A stretch of DNA of 64,000 nt from Candidatus Brocadiia bacterium (GCA_050015075.1 JBEKCB010000025.1:18820-82819), one strand, 5' to 3'. Counted from the stretch's first letter, positions 1-9,633 are shown. A program made the numbers and translations. Notes: a model not told the origin generated them from the sequence alone.

Positions 1-24
1 TCCGGCTCCTCGCTCGCTCTCCCG

Positions 25-172
25 ATTATAAGGGTGAAATTCCGCTCCGGAGCCGCGCGACAAAGTGAGTGCGCTTGCGAGTGGTTTCAGTGCGCTTCGG
101 AGTGGTTTGAGTGCGCTTCAGTGCGCTTCGCAGCGGTTTCAGTGCGCTTATTTTCGCGAGCTGGATTTGACA
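25..172 (-). promoter_or_regulatory. Putative activator-dependent promoter: five phased AAGCGCACT sites plus TATAAT (copy 1), pointing out of the left window edge
   Basis: AGTGCGCTT on + at 68, 89, 110, 120, 141; ATTATA (TATAAT on -) at 25-30; 62-172 is near-identical to 3311-3421. Confidence 0.6.
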
Positions 173-227
173 CCCCTCGGCAAACGAGCGCGGATTAGCA
201 TAATCAGGGATGCGCGCTCGGACTTCA

Positions 228-1913
228 TCATTCATCATTCTGCCCTCTGACTTCCAAGCCTCCGCCTCCCGCGAACGCGACGGCGAAATTGTTGCGCGGC
301 TGAAGGCGCATCAGCGGCTCGCGCGGTTTTCCGCCGGGGCGGGAATCCGTGAAAAGCCGGCGCGCCATCTCAAAAGCGTCCGGGCCGTCGTCGTGGACGC
401 CCGGCTTGCCGAAATCGAGGAACTGGTCGAGCAGCAGCCGCTGATCGCCCTCGCCCTCGTCGAAATAACAAAGGCCCCGCTCGAAGTCGGGCTGCAAGGA
501 AAGGATCCGGTCCTCCTTCGAGGCGGCGTTCGTGACCGGGAACAGCCCGACCCGGTTCACGCGCCCGCGGATCTCCTCATTCGCCTCGAGCAGGGGCCAG
601 AGGAACGCCTGGAAGCCGTTCGCCTCGCAGCCGATGCGGCCGGGCGAGAAGGCGTCGTACACGCGGAGGATCTCCGCGATCAGTTCGTTGGGCGAGGCGC
701 GGCGCAGCCAGGCGTGGAGGCAGCGCAGCTCGCGCGTGCCCCGCGGCCGCGCCAGGACGACGAGCGCCTTGTAGTCGCTGGTCTCCTTCGCCGTAGCGCT
801 CGGGTCCACGGCCGCGCGGACCTCGGCGGTCGAGCGGTCGAACTCCGCCGCGCGAAAATCGCGCACCCAGTCCGGGCGGAATACCTCGTCGTCGGAAAAC
901 GACTTGCCGAGCATCTCGCGGCCGTAGAGCCCGCGCCCCATGATCGCGGACATGCGCCGGAGGACGGCGGTCGGAAAACGCTCCGGCCAGGCGGATTCGC
1001 CGCGCTCGTCCTCGGCCAGGTACTCGACGTAGCGGCAGATCGGCCGGCCGGCCGCATCGCGCTGCGCGGCGGCTTCCTGGAAGCGCGCCTTCAGGCCGTG
1101 GCGCGTGCCATAGTTGTTCAGCAGGATCTCGCACCACGCGCCGCCGGTATTCACCGCAGAGGCGCGGAGGTCGCGGAGTGTTTCACCAGGAATAGGTTTT
1201 CCGTCTCCGTGCAGTTCTCCGCGTTCTCTGCGTCTCTGCGGTGAAACCGCGTGCTCAACGGAGAGCGCGGGGAAGACGTTGCCGAAGAGCCATTCCCAGA
1301 GATGCTTTTCGCGCTGCGGGTTCCGCGCGAGGAAGTCGTCCTCCAGGTCGTCGCCGAGAAAATCGTCCGGCCGGTGTGGGCCGTGGAGCAGGCCGCGGCA
1401 GGATTGCCCCGTGCCGCGCGCGAGCACGCGCGTCTCGACGGCGACAAAATCCGTGTCGGTGTCGCTGCCGCCGCGCGGGCCGATCCGGTCGCCGTAGTCC
1501 CGGCGCAGTCGCTGGTTGTTGACCAGTTCCAGCTTGATCAGGTCGAGCTTCTCCGCCGCGTTCTCCTCGGTCTGGCCGCCGACGATGATGAAATGCGCCC
1601 GGCGTTCGACGATCCGCCGGACGCGCCGCAGCAGCGCGCGCGTCGTCTTGCCGGCGCCGCGGAACCAGTACTCGGCGATCGGGATGCCCTTCTCCTCGAC
1701 GATCTCGTCGGCCGCCAGGTGCAGGGGCGAGGACTCGCAGAAGATGTAATGCGGGAAGTAGGCGTGGATCCACGCGTCGAACGGCAGCGCCCGGCGCGCA
1801 GCGATTGCCTTGTGGGACGAGTCCTCGAACGGCCGCGCCTCGCGCAGCACGGCGGCGAGAATCCTTCCGCGCTGCGCCTCATAAGCCTTTGTCCAGCGGT
1901 CAGCCACGTTCAC
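228..1913 (-). CDS. Phage terminase large subunit (Mu-like type)
   Basis: Walker A-like FRGAGKTT, Walker B-like FLGDDLED, RNase H-like nuclease motifs AVDPSA and HDDGPDA. Confidence 0.9.
   Translation of the reverse strand: MNVADRWTKAYEAQRGRILAAVLREARPFEDSSHKAIAARRALPFDAWIHAYFPHYIFCESSPLHLAADEIVEEKGIPIAEYWFRGAGKTTRALLRRVRRIVERRAHFIIVGGQTEENAAEKLDLIKLELVNNQRLRRDYGDRIGPRGGSDTDTDFVAVETRVLARGTGQSCRGLLHGPHRPDDFLGDDLEDDFLARNPQREKHLWEWLFGNVFPALSVEHAVSPQRRRERGELHGDGKPIPGETLRDLRASAVNTGGAWCEILLNNYGTRHGLKARFQEAAAQRDAAGRPICRYVEYLAEDERGESAWPERFPTAVLRRMSAIMGRGLYGREMLGKSFSDDEVFRPDWVRDFRAAEFDRSTAEVRAAVDPSATAKETSDYKALVVLARPRGTRELRCLHAWLRRASPNELIAEILRVYDAFSPGRIGCEANGFQAFLWPLLEANEEIRGRVNRVGLFPVTNAASKEDRILSLQPDFERGLCYFDEGEGDQRLLLDQFLDFGKPGVHDDGPDAFEMARRLFTDSRPGGKPREPLMRLQPRNNFAVAFAGGGGLEVRGQNDE
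1150..1245. repeat. 96-bp palindromic element inserted in frame in terL
   Basis: Terminal inverted repeats TTCACCGCAGAG (1150-1161) and CTCTGCGGTGAA (1234-1245); internal 9-bp-period units; length is 32 codons. Confidence 0.7.
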
Positions 1914-1995
1914 CTCACCACCAAGTCACCAAGACACCAAGGACGGCAACGCTTCACTTTTCATTTTGCATTTTGCATTTTGCACTATTCACGTT

Positions 1996-2250
1996 TCACT
2001 CCTCGCCCAGCGTCGCACGAAGCTCCTGCTTCTTCTTCAGCGCGCTGATGTACGCCTGGCGCGCGTCTCGGACGTCGGCCACGGCGGCCTCGACCACGTC
2101 GAGGTCAATGTCCATCGGCGAATTGAACAGCACTGTCGCCCGGCTGACGTGCCGGACCGCGTCGGCGGCGCGCTCCGTCGCGCGCTTCATGTCCGTATCG
2201 CACGCCGAAATTTGCCGCCGGATTTCAAGTTGCATCGCAATGTCTGCCAC
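1996..2250 (-). CDS. Small coiled-coil phage protein between small and large terminase genes
   Basis: 84-aa ORF with GAGGA RBS, co-oriented with terL. Confidence 0.7.
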   Translation of the reverse strand: MADIAMQLEIRRQISACDTDMKRATERAADAVRHVSRATVLFNSPMDIDLDVVEAAVADVRDARQAYISALKKKQELRATLGEE

Positions 2251-2300
2251 AATTTTTCCTCACCACGACGGGCACGACGGGACACGACGAAAAGTAAACC

Positions 2301-2744
2301 TTATGAGTGCTTGCGCCGCTGTTCATCGAGGAACTGCTCGGTCCACTTGTAGAGCACCGCACACTCCTCCGACTCGGCGCGCGCGCCGACGAACTGCGCG
2401 AAACGCTCGAGCGTGTCGAGCATCGGCCCGATCGCCTCGACGTGCGACTCCAGCCTCTCGACGAGCAGCGTGATCTTGTTCAGCGCCTCAAGCGCCTCTG
2501 GGGTGGCCGCGGCCTTCTTGCCGACGGCGTCCATATGGAACTGGCGCTGCTTCTTGAGGATATCGAGGGCGGCCCGCGGCGACTCGTACTGCCACTCCAG
2601 CCGTTTCCTCATCCAGTCGGCCTTGCTCGACCACCGGGCCAGCGTACGCCGGCTAAAGCCCGTCTGAAGAGCAATCTCGTCAAGGGTTTTCACCTCGCGC
2701 ACGAAAAGATGCTCAGCCGTCCGGCGGACCTCCTGCAGATTCAT
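2301..2744 (-). CDS. HTH protein, putative terminase small subunit (DUF1804-like)
   Basis: N-terminal HTH (TLDEIALQTGFSRRTLARW...W); position upstream of terL as in Mu-like phages. Confidence 0.7.
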   Translation of the reverse strand: MNLQEVRRTAEHLFVREVKTLDEIALQTGFSRRTLARWSSKADWMRKRLEWQYESPRAALDILKKQRQFHMDAVGKKAAATPEALEALNKITLLVERLESHVEAIGPMLDTLERFAQFVGARAESEECAVLYKWTEQFLDEQRRKHS

Positions 2745-2775
2745 CGCGCGCTCCCGAAAAAAACTCGGACCGTTC

Positions 2776-3183
2776 CTACAGGATGTGCAGCAGGCCCAGG
2801 AACCACGCCAGGCCTTTGCCGACGATCACGAGCGCGACGATGATGTAGACCGCCAGCACCGCCTTCTCCAGCTTCGCGAGGCGTCGGAAGATTTCCTTGA
2901 AATCCTCGCCGCCCTTATCGAGAGTGCGGTCCAGCTCGCTGCGCTCCTTGGCGATCTGCGCGGCCACCTCCTTCGGCAGTGCGACCACCAGCTCGCGCAG
3001 CTCGCCCACGAGCCGTTCGAGCGCCGCGTACTCCGCCGAGGCTTTCTGCTTGAACCCCTCGAACTCGATCTTGATCCGCGAGAGATTGATGCAATACGCC
3101 TCCGGCGGGCACCGACGGCGCTCCGGCCCGGCGTAATCCGCCGCGCGGTGGTTGTCAGCGTCGAGCGGAGCGTCATGTGGCAT
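2776..3183 (-). CDS. Phage coiled-coil protein with C-terminal TM helix (holin/XhlA-like architecture)
   Basis: GGAAGGAG RBS before ATG at 3183; hydrophobic C-terminus AVLAVYIIVALVIVGKGLAWFLGLL. Confidence 0.6.
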   Translation of the reverse strand: MPHDAPLDADNHRAADYAGPERRRCPPEAYCINLSRIKIEFEGFKQKASAEYAALERLVGELRELVVALPKEVAAQIAKERSELDRTLDKGGEDFKEIFRRLAKLEKAVLAVYIIVALVIVGKGLAWFLGLLHIL

Positions 3184-3273
3184 CAATAACTCCTTCCAGG
3201 CTTTGGAGCACCCTCTGCACCCGCCTTCGCTAAAGCTACGGCGGGCAAGCTCTGCACTCATGAAGCTCTCTGG

Positions 3274-3421
3274 ATTATAAGGCCGTATTTTCGCCGCGAT
3301 GGCCGCAGTGAAAGTGAGTGCGCTTGCGAGCGGTTTCAGTGCGCTTCGCAGCGGTTTGAGTGCGCTTGAGTGCGCTTCGGAGCGGTTTCAGTGCGCTTAT
3401 TTTCGCGAGCTGGATTTGACA
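3274..3421 (-). promoter_or_regulatory. Putative activator-dependent promoter (copy 2) heading the terminase operon
   Basis: AGTGCGCTT at 3317, 3338, 3359, 3369, 3390; ATTATA at 3274-3279; same 37-bp gap as copy 1. Confidence 0.65.
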
Positions 3422-3514
3422 GGCCCGCGGAAAATGCGAGAATTGCGGGGAGACCATGCCGGACTCATTCGGCTAATTGCGTATGGCGTCCGCAACTTCA
3501 AGGAGGAACGCCGT

Positions 3515-4681
3515 ATGGCCGGGAAAATGAGGCTGGGCGTTGCGGGCTGCGGCCCTCGGGGCACGTACATCGGCGGGCTTTTCAAGGACCATTCCGGATG
3601 TGAACTGACGGCCGTCATGGACAAATACCCGGCGCCGGCGCAGAAGGCCGCGGAAAAGCTACACCTGCCCGAGGCGCGCGTCTTCACCGACTTCGACCGG
3701 ATGCTCCGCGACGCGCCCATGGACGCCATCTATCTCGCGTGCGACCCGATGGTTCAGGTGGACATGGCCTGCCGCGCCATGGCGGCGGGAAAACATGTCT
3801 GCACCGACGTCCCCGCCGCATTCTCCATTGACGAGTGCTGGGAGCTGGTCCGAACGGTGGAAAAAACCGGGCGCAAGTACATGCTCATGGAGCAGGTGCG
3901 CTACAGCGGCTTCGCCGAAACCTGGAAACGGATGCGCGAACGGGGCGAGTTCGGCCACGTCTGCTTCGCGCAGGGCGAGTACATCCACTTCATCGAAAAC
4001 TGCAACTACTGGATTGACCCGGCGACGGGTGAGAACATCTGCGAACCGGCGCGCCCCACGGATCGGACCGTGATCCCGAGCTGGCGTCTCAAGCTGTTTG
4101 CCGATCCGATCTACTACCTGCCGCACACGCTGAGTCCCCTCCTTTACATCCTGGGCGATCGCGTCGATCGCGTCTCCTGCATGGGCACGCAGCAGATCAG
4201 TTACACCTGGCCCGACATCAACCTGCCCGTCAGGGACATCGAGTACGCGCTCATGCACACGGCCAAGGACACGGTGTTGGCCACAGGCGCGGGATTCAGT
4301 TTTCCTTATCCTCACCGGCACGCCGAAACGGAGCACCACTGGTACGAATTGCGCGGGACCAGGGCCAGCGTGGAATCGCCGCGGCGCCCGGACGACAAGT
4401 TCTGGCGCTGGCAGGAATCCACCTCCGCGCACGAGCCGATGGACCTGCATTCCTCCCCGCAGGATGCGACTGCGGAGCAACTGAAATCCGGACACGGAGG
4501 GCGGGACTTCAAGCCGGTGGACCTTTTCGTCACATGCGTTCTGAACGATACGCTTCCGGCGATGGACGTGTATCTGGCCGTCGAAACCGCCGCGCCGGCG
4601 ATCCTCGCCGCCGAATCGGCTCGACGCGACGGCGTCATGCTCACCGTGCCCGACTTCCGGCCCGGTGCGCGCCCCGCCTGA
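3515..4681 (+). CDS. Gfo/Idh/MocA family oxidoreductase
   Basis: Rossmann GVAGCGPRG, GKHVCTDVP, C-terminal GHGGRD; AGGAGG RBS. Confidence 0.9.
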   Translation: MAGKMRLGVAGCGPRGTYIGGLFKDHSGCELTAVMDKYPAPAQKAAEKLHLPEARVFTDFDRMLRDAPMDAIYLACDPMVQVDMACRAMAAGKHVCTDVPAAFSIDECWELVRTVEKTGRKYMLMEQVRYSGFAETWKRMRERGEFGHVCFAQGEYIHFIENCNYWIDPATGENICEPARPTDRTVIPSWRLKLFADPIYYLPHTLSPLLYILGDRVDRVSCMGTQQISYTWPDINLPVRDIEYALMHTAKDTVLATGAGFSFPYPHRHAETEHHWYELRGTRASVESPRRPDDKFWRWQESTSAHEPMDLHSSPQDATAEQLKSGHGGRDFKPVDLFVTCVLNDTLPAMDVYLAVETAAPAILAAESARRDGVMLTVPDFRPGARPA

Positions 4682-4913
4682 AAAATAGTGGACAGCCGCC
4701 TATTCCAGGAGCGAAGGACAGACGGCGACGGAAATGGTGTTGACAATGGCCGGCTCGGGCGTACAATCTCAACTGCGGGAGGTGGCCGTTCTCGGAGGGA
4801 CGGTCAAATGGCAAATGCCGAATCAGAGGCCCACGGCGGTCGTGGGCAGAGCCATCCGGGAAATCCCGGATCAGATAGTCCCGTACCGGTCAGTTTGAGC
4901 CAGGGAGAAAGCC

Positions 4914-5780
4914 ATGAATCCAATCACCGCGAAGATGCGTCGTACTGCAATGCCTGTTATCGCCGCGTTATTCCTGTCAATGATATGCGTATCGTGCGCC
5001 AATCGCGATCCGGGAGATACAACGGGTGCGCTTCCTCAGCAGGGAGGAGCTGTGAAACCGGCCCTCTTCCAGGATTTTAATCCGGGCTGGACCAACAATA
5101 CGTCGCAGGATGGCCTCTGGAAAATCAATGGGATTTGGGTAGGCACCGGGCAAAACACGTTCGACCCTGCCAACGTCACCTTTACGGAAACCTATCCTGG
5201 CGAGAAGAGCAAAGGCTTCATGCATTTCAAGTCCAAAGCCAATACGACTAATGGATCTGAAATACAGACGATCTCTTCGGGCCCGTGTTATGGCTACGGC
5301 TATTACGAGGTGAGGATGAAAGTAACCAGCGTCGGCGACCCTGCAACCAACCGGGGCGTTTGCGCTTCTTTTTTCTGGAAGAAAAAAGACTATGCCGCGG
5401 CCGAATGGGATTTCGAGTTCCTGACCAACGATAAATGGATCACCTCTCCCGACAGCGGCCAGGTCACCATGAACTATCACCTGGATGATAACCGGAGCAA
5501 AGTTCACTACCAGGAGCTTCCATTCAATCCCTCCAAGGGATTTCACCGGTACGGGTTTCTCTGGCAGCCGACCCGCCTGGACTGGACCGTTGACGGAAAA
5601 ATTGTCTACAGCTTCGAGGATCCGGGAGTCGCCAGCGAGCCCGGCTGGATCATGATGAACAGTTGGACCGGCAACAAAAACTGGGGCGGCCTGCCCCCGA
5701 CAGAAGATGCGGTGACGGTATACGACTGGGTAAAGTTCTATCCAAACGTTACCTCCGTGCCCAATGACGGGAAGGAATAA
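4914..5780 (+). CDS. Glycoside hydrolase family 16 lipoprotein
   Basis: YGYGYYEVRMK, catalytic EWDFE, FHRYGFLW; lipoprotein-like signal peptide. Confidence 0.85.
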   Translation: MNPITAKMRRTAMPVIAALFLSMICVSCANRDPGDTTGALPQQGGAVKPALFQDFNPGWTNNTSQDGLWKINGIWVGTGQNTFDPANVTFTETYPGEKSKGFMHFKSKANTTNGSEIQTISSGPCYGYGYYEVRMKVTSVGDPATNRGVCASFFWKKKDYAAAEWDFEFLTNDKWITSPDSGQVTMNYHLDDNRSKVHYQELPFNPSKGFHRYGFLWQPTRLDWTVDGKIVYSFEDPGVASEPGWIMMNSWTGNKNWGGLPPTEDAVTVYDWVKFYPNVTSVPNDGKE

Positions 5781-5954
5781 GCAGCTCGACGCGCGCGCCC
5801 GCTCGCGGGTCTTCCCGGATGACCGGCTTGATCCAGCGGGAGTTCCCGGGAAAGGCACAGTCGCTGAAACACTCAGATCAGAACGCAATTGGAGGAAGCG
5901 GCGCAAGTTATTTCCGGGACGCCGCACTGGGATGTCACGAGTTTCGGGGCGCGA

Positions 5955-7094
5955 ATGGATTCCAGAGAACGCGTTTTCCTGGCCCTGAATTTCGAGGAGC
6001 CGGACCGTGTGCCGGTGGATTTTTGGGGCTCGGAGGGGTTTTACCGGTCGCTTCAGCAGGGACTGGATAAGGCGGCGTTTCTCGACCGGCACGATGTGGA
6101 TTTCCGGTACATCGAGGGACCGCGCTACGTCGGGCCGCCGCCGGCGGTTTCCGCTGATGGAATCCGGACGGATATCTGGGGCGTGCCGAGGCAAACGGTG
6201 CGCGTGCCAACCCAGTTCGGCGAAGAAATCTACCAGGAGGTCGCACGCTCTCCGCTGGCCGCCGCGCAGACGGCCGAGGAGATTGACGCTTACGCCCACT
6301 GGCCTTCCCCTGACTGGTTCGACTATGGACCGGTCAAAGCGCAATGCGAGGCGATCCGCAGCAAGGGGCGCGTGGCCGTGTTCATGGGAGACCGGCTCAA
6401 CCGCGTCGCGCAGCTCAAGCCGGCCATGTACTTGCGCGGCGTGGAGCGGATCTTCATGGACCTGGCCGAAGCGCCGGAGATAGCCCAGGCCATTCTTCGC
6501 CACCTTCGGCGGTTCTATGTCGAATACCTTTCCCGCGTGCTGGAAGCCGCCGACGGCGGAGTTGACATCGTGGTCACCGGCGACGACTTCGGCTCGCAGA
6601 ATGCTCCGCTCTTGTCCCCCGCGATGTGGCGGCAATTCCTGGGCGATGGGTTCGAGGAGTACATGACGATCATCCGAACCGGCGGCGCGCGCTCCATGCA
6701 CCACACCTGCGGAAGGGTCACTCCGCTGGTCGGGGAGATGGCCGCCCGAGGCTTGCAGATCCTTCAATCACTCCAGCCGGAAGCGATGGCCGCCGATTAT
6801 GCCTTCCTGAAATCAACCTATGGCCGGCGCCTGGCCTTTCAGGGCGGCGTATCCATTCAACAGACGCTGCCTCGCGGCACCCCCGAGCAGGTGCGCGAAG
6901 AGGTCCGCCGGCGCGTTGAAACACTGGCCCCGGGCGGCGGGTATATCCTTTGCACCGCGCACAACATCCAGGCGGACTGTCCCCCTGCGAACGTCGAGGC
7001 CCTGCTGCAGGCGTATCGGCAGGAGGGCAAGCGGTGTCATCCCAGGCGAAACGGAACGGAGGAATATCACGTTCGGCAATCTGGGGACACATGA
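5955..7094 (+). CDS. Uroporphyrinogen decarboxylase / MtaA-like family protein
   Basis: MDSRERV...EPDRVP, GDDFGSQ, HHTCG, GGGYILCTAHNIQ. Confidence 0.85.
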   Translation: MDSRERVFLALNFEEPDRVPVDFWGSEGFYRSLQQGLDKAAFLDRHDVDFRYIEGPRYVGPPPAVSADGIRTDIWGVPRQTVRVPTQFGEEIYQEVARSPLAAAQTAEEIDAYAHWPSPDWFDYGPVKAQCEAIRSKGRVAVFMGDRLNRVAQLKPAMYLRGVERIFMDLAEAPEIAQAILRHLRRFYVEYLSRVLEAADGGVDIVVTGDDFGSQNAPLLSPAMWRQFLGDGFEEYMTIIRTGGARSMHHTCGRVTPLVGEMAARGLQILQSLQPEAMAADYAFLKSTYGRRLAFQGGVSIQQTLPRGTPEQVREEVRRRVETLAPGGGYILCTAHNIQADCPPANVEALLQAYRQEGKRCHPRRNGTEEYHVRQSGDT

Positions 7095-7161
7095 CCAGTT
7101 ATTTCCCCCTGCTGCAGCGCCAGGGCGCTCTTTCCGCGGGCGGCTGAGGTCCAAAACACGC

Positions 7162-7297
7162 CTGGCCATCCGGGTCCTCCGGTAAACCGCACCGGCTACT
7201 CTTTCCCATCAGGCGCGCGAGGGCCGCGCGTGGGCGTATCTTTTTACGAATGGCGGAGAAACCACTTGAAAGTAATCAGGCTTATGTCCCCGGCATT
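7162..7297 (+). repeat. Recurrent att-like element (CTGGCCA core plus CAGGCGCGCGAGGGCCGCGCGTGGGC box)
   Basis: Similar to 7996-8130, 41209-41290, 42949-43030 and 43931-44020; core-to-box distance is 48 bp in all five. Confidence 0.75.
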
Positions 7298-7451
7298 TGG
7301 GGCGTGAAACTGGGCTCAGCCGGTCAATGGTCAATAGGATCAGATGCGGTGAATGACGCTTTGACCCATGAGTTCGCCATTCCCGCGGCTTGACTTGCCG
7401 TGCTTACTAGTGTATTCTAAACGTAGCTATACGAATACAGGAGGACAAGCG

Positions 7452-7691
7452 ATGTCCAGGATGGTGACGCTGCGGCTGGACGATCCCGCTTACCGGATGT
7501 TCCGGGCGATGGCGGAGCGGGAGAACCGGCCGCTGTCGAACTTCATCGAGACGGCTGCGATGCGTTTCGTCGAGGAGCACGGCCTCGTGGACGAATTCGA
7601 GATGGCCGAAATCCTCGGCAACGTGGAATTGAACCGCAGCCTGAAGCGAGGGCTGGCTGATGCCGTGAGGAAGCGGGGCCGCTTTGTCTAA
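7452..7691 (+). CDS. Ribbon-helix-helix antitoxin
   Basis: VTLRLDD...AERENRPLSNFI; GGAGGA RBS; overlaps the downstream toxin gene. Confidence 0.8.
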   Translation: MSRMVTLRLDDPAYRMFRAMAERENRPLSNFIETAAMRFVEEHGLVDEFEMAEILGNVELNRSLKRGLADAVRKRGRFV

Positions 7692-7965
7692 GTTCCGCAT
7701 CTTCAAGACGTCCGAATTTCAGAAGGCGCTCGCAAGATTGCCCGCCGCGCAGTCGGCATTCCTCGAGAACAAACTCAACGCGCATGTCTATCCCCAGTTT
7801 CGCCAGCAACCATACTTCGGGCCGAACATCAAGAAACTGCGGGGCTATTCGCCGGAGACTTGGCGCTACCGACTAGGGCGCTATCGGCTTTTCTATCTGG
7901 TTGACGGAGATGAACGGATCATCTACCTGCTCACGCTTGATGACCGCAAAGACGCGTATCGGTAA
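7684..7965 (+). CDS. RelE/ParE family type II toxin
   Basis: IKKLRG...WRYRLGRYRLFY...DDRKDAYR. Confidence 0.85.
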   Translation: MSKFRIFKTSEFQKALARLPAAQSAFLENKLNAHVYPQFRQQPYFGPNIKKLRGYSPETWRYRLGRYRLFYLVDGDERIIYLLTLDDRKDAYR

Positions 7966-7995
7966 GGCTCCGGTTTGTCGTAACGCCATCAATAG

Positions 7996-8130
7996 CTGGC
8001 CACATAGGTCCTACAGTAAACCAATTAGGTTACTTGTCCACATCAGGCGCGCGAGGGCCGCGCGTGGGCATATCTCTTTACGAACGGCTGAGAAACCACT
8101 TGAAAATAATCAGGTTTATGTCCGCGGAAT
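7996..8130 (+). repeat. Second copy of the att-like element
   Basis: 8042-8130 closely matches 7208-7296. Confidence 0.8.
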
Positions 8131-8201
8131 ACCCCAGAACAGCCGCAAAACTTTGAAAACAGACGCTGTAAGAGTACAATACTGTCGGCGCGAGGGGAAA
8201 G

Positions 8202-8468
8202 GTGGTGCCTGCCGTGGCGACATGTCCAAGAAAGTATGCCGGTGCATTTATACTCGCGATTTCCATTACCTATGTGATATCCTATTTTGCTGTTTCTCGA
8301 ATCTACATCGGCAACGACGAAGGGGAGAGAATAACGTTTCGCCTTTTCGACCATGAATGGGAACGAGAACTATGGAGCCCATTGGCTGGTCTTGAAAACG
8401 CGCTTAGACAAGGGGAATTCGAAGGGCATACGAGAAATGGAGCGTCGTTGCCGCCCGCGGCTGAATAA
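8202..8468 (+). CDS. Small membrane-anchored hypothetical protein
   Basis: N-terminal TM with TYVISY; lower GC. Confidence 0.5.
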   Translation: MVPAVATCPRKYAGAFILAISITYVISYFAVSRIYIGNDEGERITFRLFDHEWERELWSPLAGLENALRQGEFEGHTRNGASLPPAAE

Positions 8469-8724
8469 TCACAGGAGCATTCGCGCATTACAGGCGCGAA
8501 GTGCAGACGGCGATGTAACCGGCGTCAGAAGAGGACAGCGTAACACAATAATAGGTCACCGCCCCTTATTATTCGCCCCCTATTATTAAGGCTCCTCATT
8601 CCATTCAGCCGCGCGTGGGGTGCGCTTGGGCGCATCATTTTCCGGAATAGCCGGTACAAACTTGAGGCCGGCCATTTCGAGCGTATGATGTAGTGCTTGG
8701 GGCTGGCGTCTTGAGGGAGCGCAA

Positions 8725-9150
8725 ATGGGAAAAGGCTGGCGGGCGAAGCTAAAGAAGTGCACCGCCATCCTCCTTGTCGGCCTCATCACATATATAGCGT
8801 CTTACTGCTTTTTGTCCCTTCGCGGCCAGTATTGTTTTGAACAGTCTGGCCGGCTGCGATGGAATTATGCTCTTTCGGCTAGCGACATGATTGAATGGCG
8901 ACCGCCCTGCATGTACTATCATCACTATCTGGACATCTACGGCAAAGAAGCAGTCCGAGAGGATGACATGGGGATTATCTTCTCGCCCCTTCTGAGACTT
9001 GACCGCAGGTTCGTGCATAAGACGCGCAAGGTGTTGGACGAGGAGGAAACGCTGGGGAGAAAAAAGGGACAGGCCCGTTTTCAGTGCGCGCAGAAAACGG
9101 GGCCTGTCCCGAATAAAACCGGCATGATCGGCCAGGGCCGGGAAGAATAA
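8725..9150 (+). CDS. Membrane-anchored hypothetical protein
   Basis: GAGGGAG RBS; TM with TYIASY; C-terminus runs into a palindromic repeat (9062-9110). Confidence 0.6.
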   Translation: MGKGWRAKLKKCTAILLVGLITYIASYCFLSLRGQYCFEQSGRLRWNYALSASDMIEWRPPCMYYHHYLDIYGKEAVREDDMGIIFSPLLRLDRRFVHKTRKVLDEEETLGRKKGQARFQCAQKTGPVPNKTGMIGQGREE

Positions 9151-9633
9151 TTACTGCCTGGATTCCTTGTCTTTGTCTTTAGACTCCTTGCTGTCCTTGG
9201 AACCCTTTGCGGGCGCCTTTTCCACGGGATGGGCAGGCTTGCCGGCTTGTGGATGGCCTCCGGTCTTTTTGTATTCGGTTGCGTGCTGCACCTTAATCCG
9301 CTCGCCGGCCCTCCGGTTTTCTTCGACGTTGACGTAGCGGTGTTCCCGGATATTGACGGTGACGATATCGCGGACGAAGACGTCGTGCGTGTAGCGACGC
9401 CCCCCATAAAAGTAGAAGCCCCCGTACAAATAACAACCCGGCGGATACCCCGTGTCGTAGATGTACACTCTATCGTCCGGCGGCGGCTCGACGACTTCCA
9501 CGTCGCCCGTGACGACTACTGCCGGCGCGGGCGCGACGAAGCCCACCCGCGGCCCCTGAATCACGCAGCCGCCGCAAAGAAGTGAAATAAAACCACTAGC
9601 GGCGCAGGCCACGACGACGACCCTGGACTTCAT
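9151..9633 (-). CDS. Hypothetical lipoprotein
   Basis: AGGAG RBS; lipobox-like LCGGC; Tyr/Gly-rich core and charged tail. Confidence 0.7.
   Translation of the reverse strand: MKSRVVVVACAASGFISLLCGGCVIQGPRVGFVAPAPAVVVTGDVEVVEPPPDDRVYIYDTGYPPGCYLYGGFYFYGGRRYTHDVFVRDIVTVNIREHRYVNVEENRRAGERIKVQHATEYKKTGGHPQAGKPAHPVEKAPAKGSKDSKESKDKDKESRQ

Noticed and set aside
1914-1995. CACCAAG and TTTTGCA short tandem repeats as a phage packaging site
   Set aside because: They resemble the short-period intergenic repeat families found elsewhere in the window (also 225-240, 9822, 41096); nothing ties them to packaging.
62-3421. AGTGCGCTT arrays as a CRISPR array or as the two ends of a Mu-like transposon
   Set aside because: Repeats are 9 bp with 1-12 bp spacers and there are no cas genes. 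The two copies are in direct, not inverted, orientation, although each begins TGTCA on the minus strand, so a single Mu-type end cannot be fully excluded.
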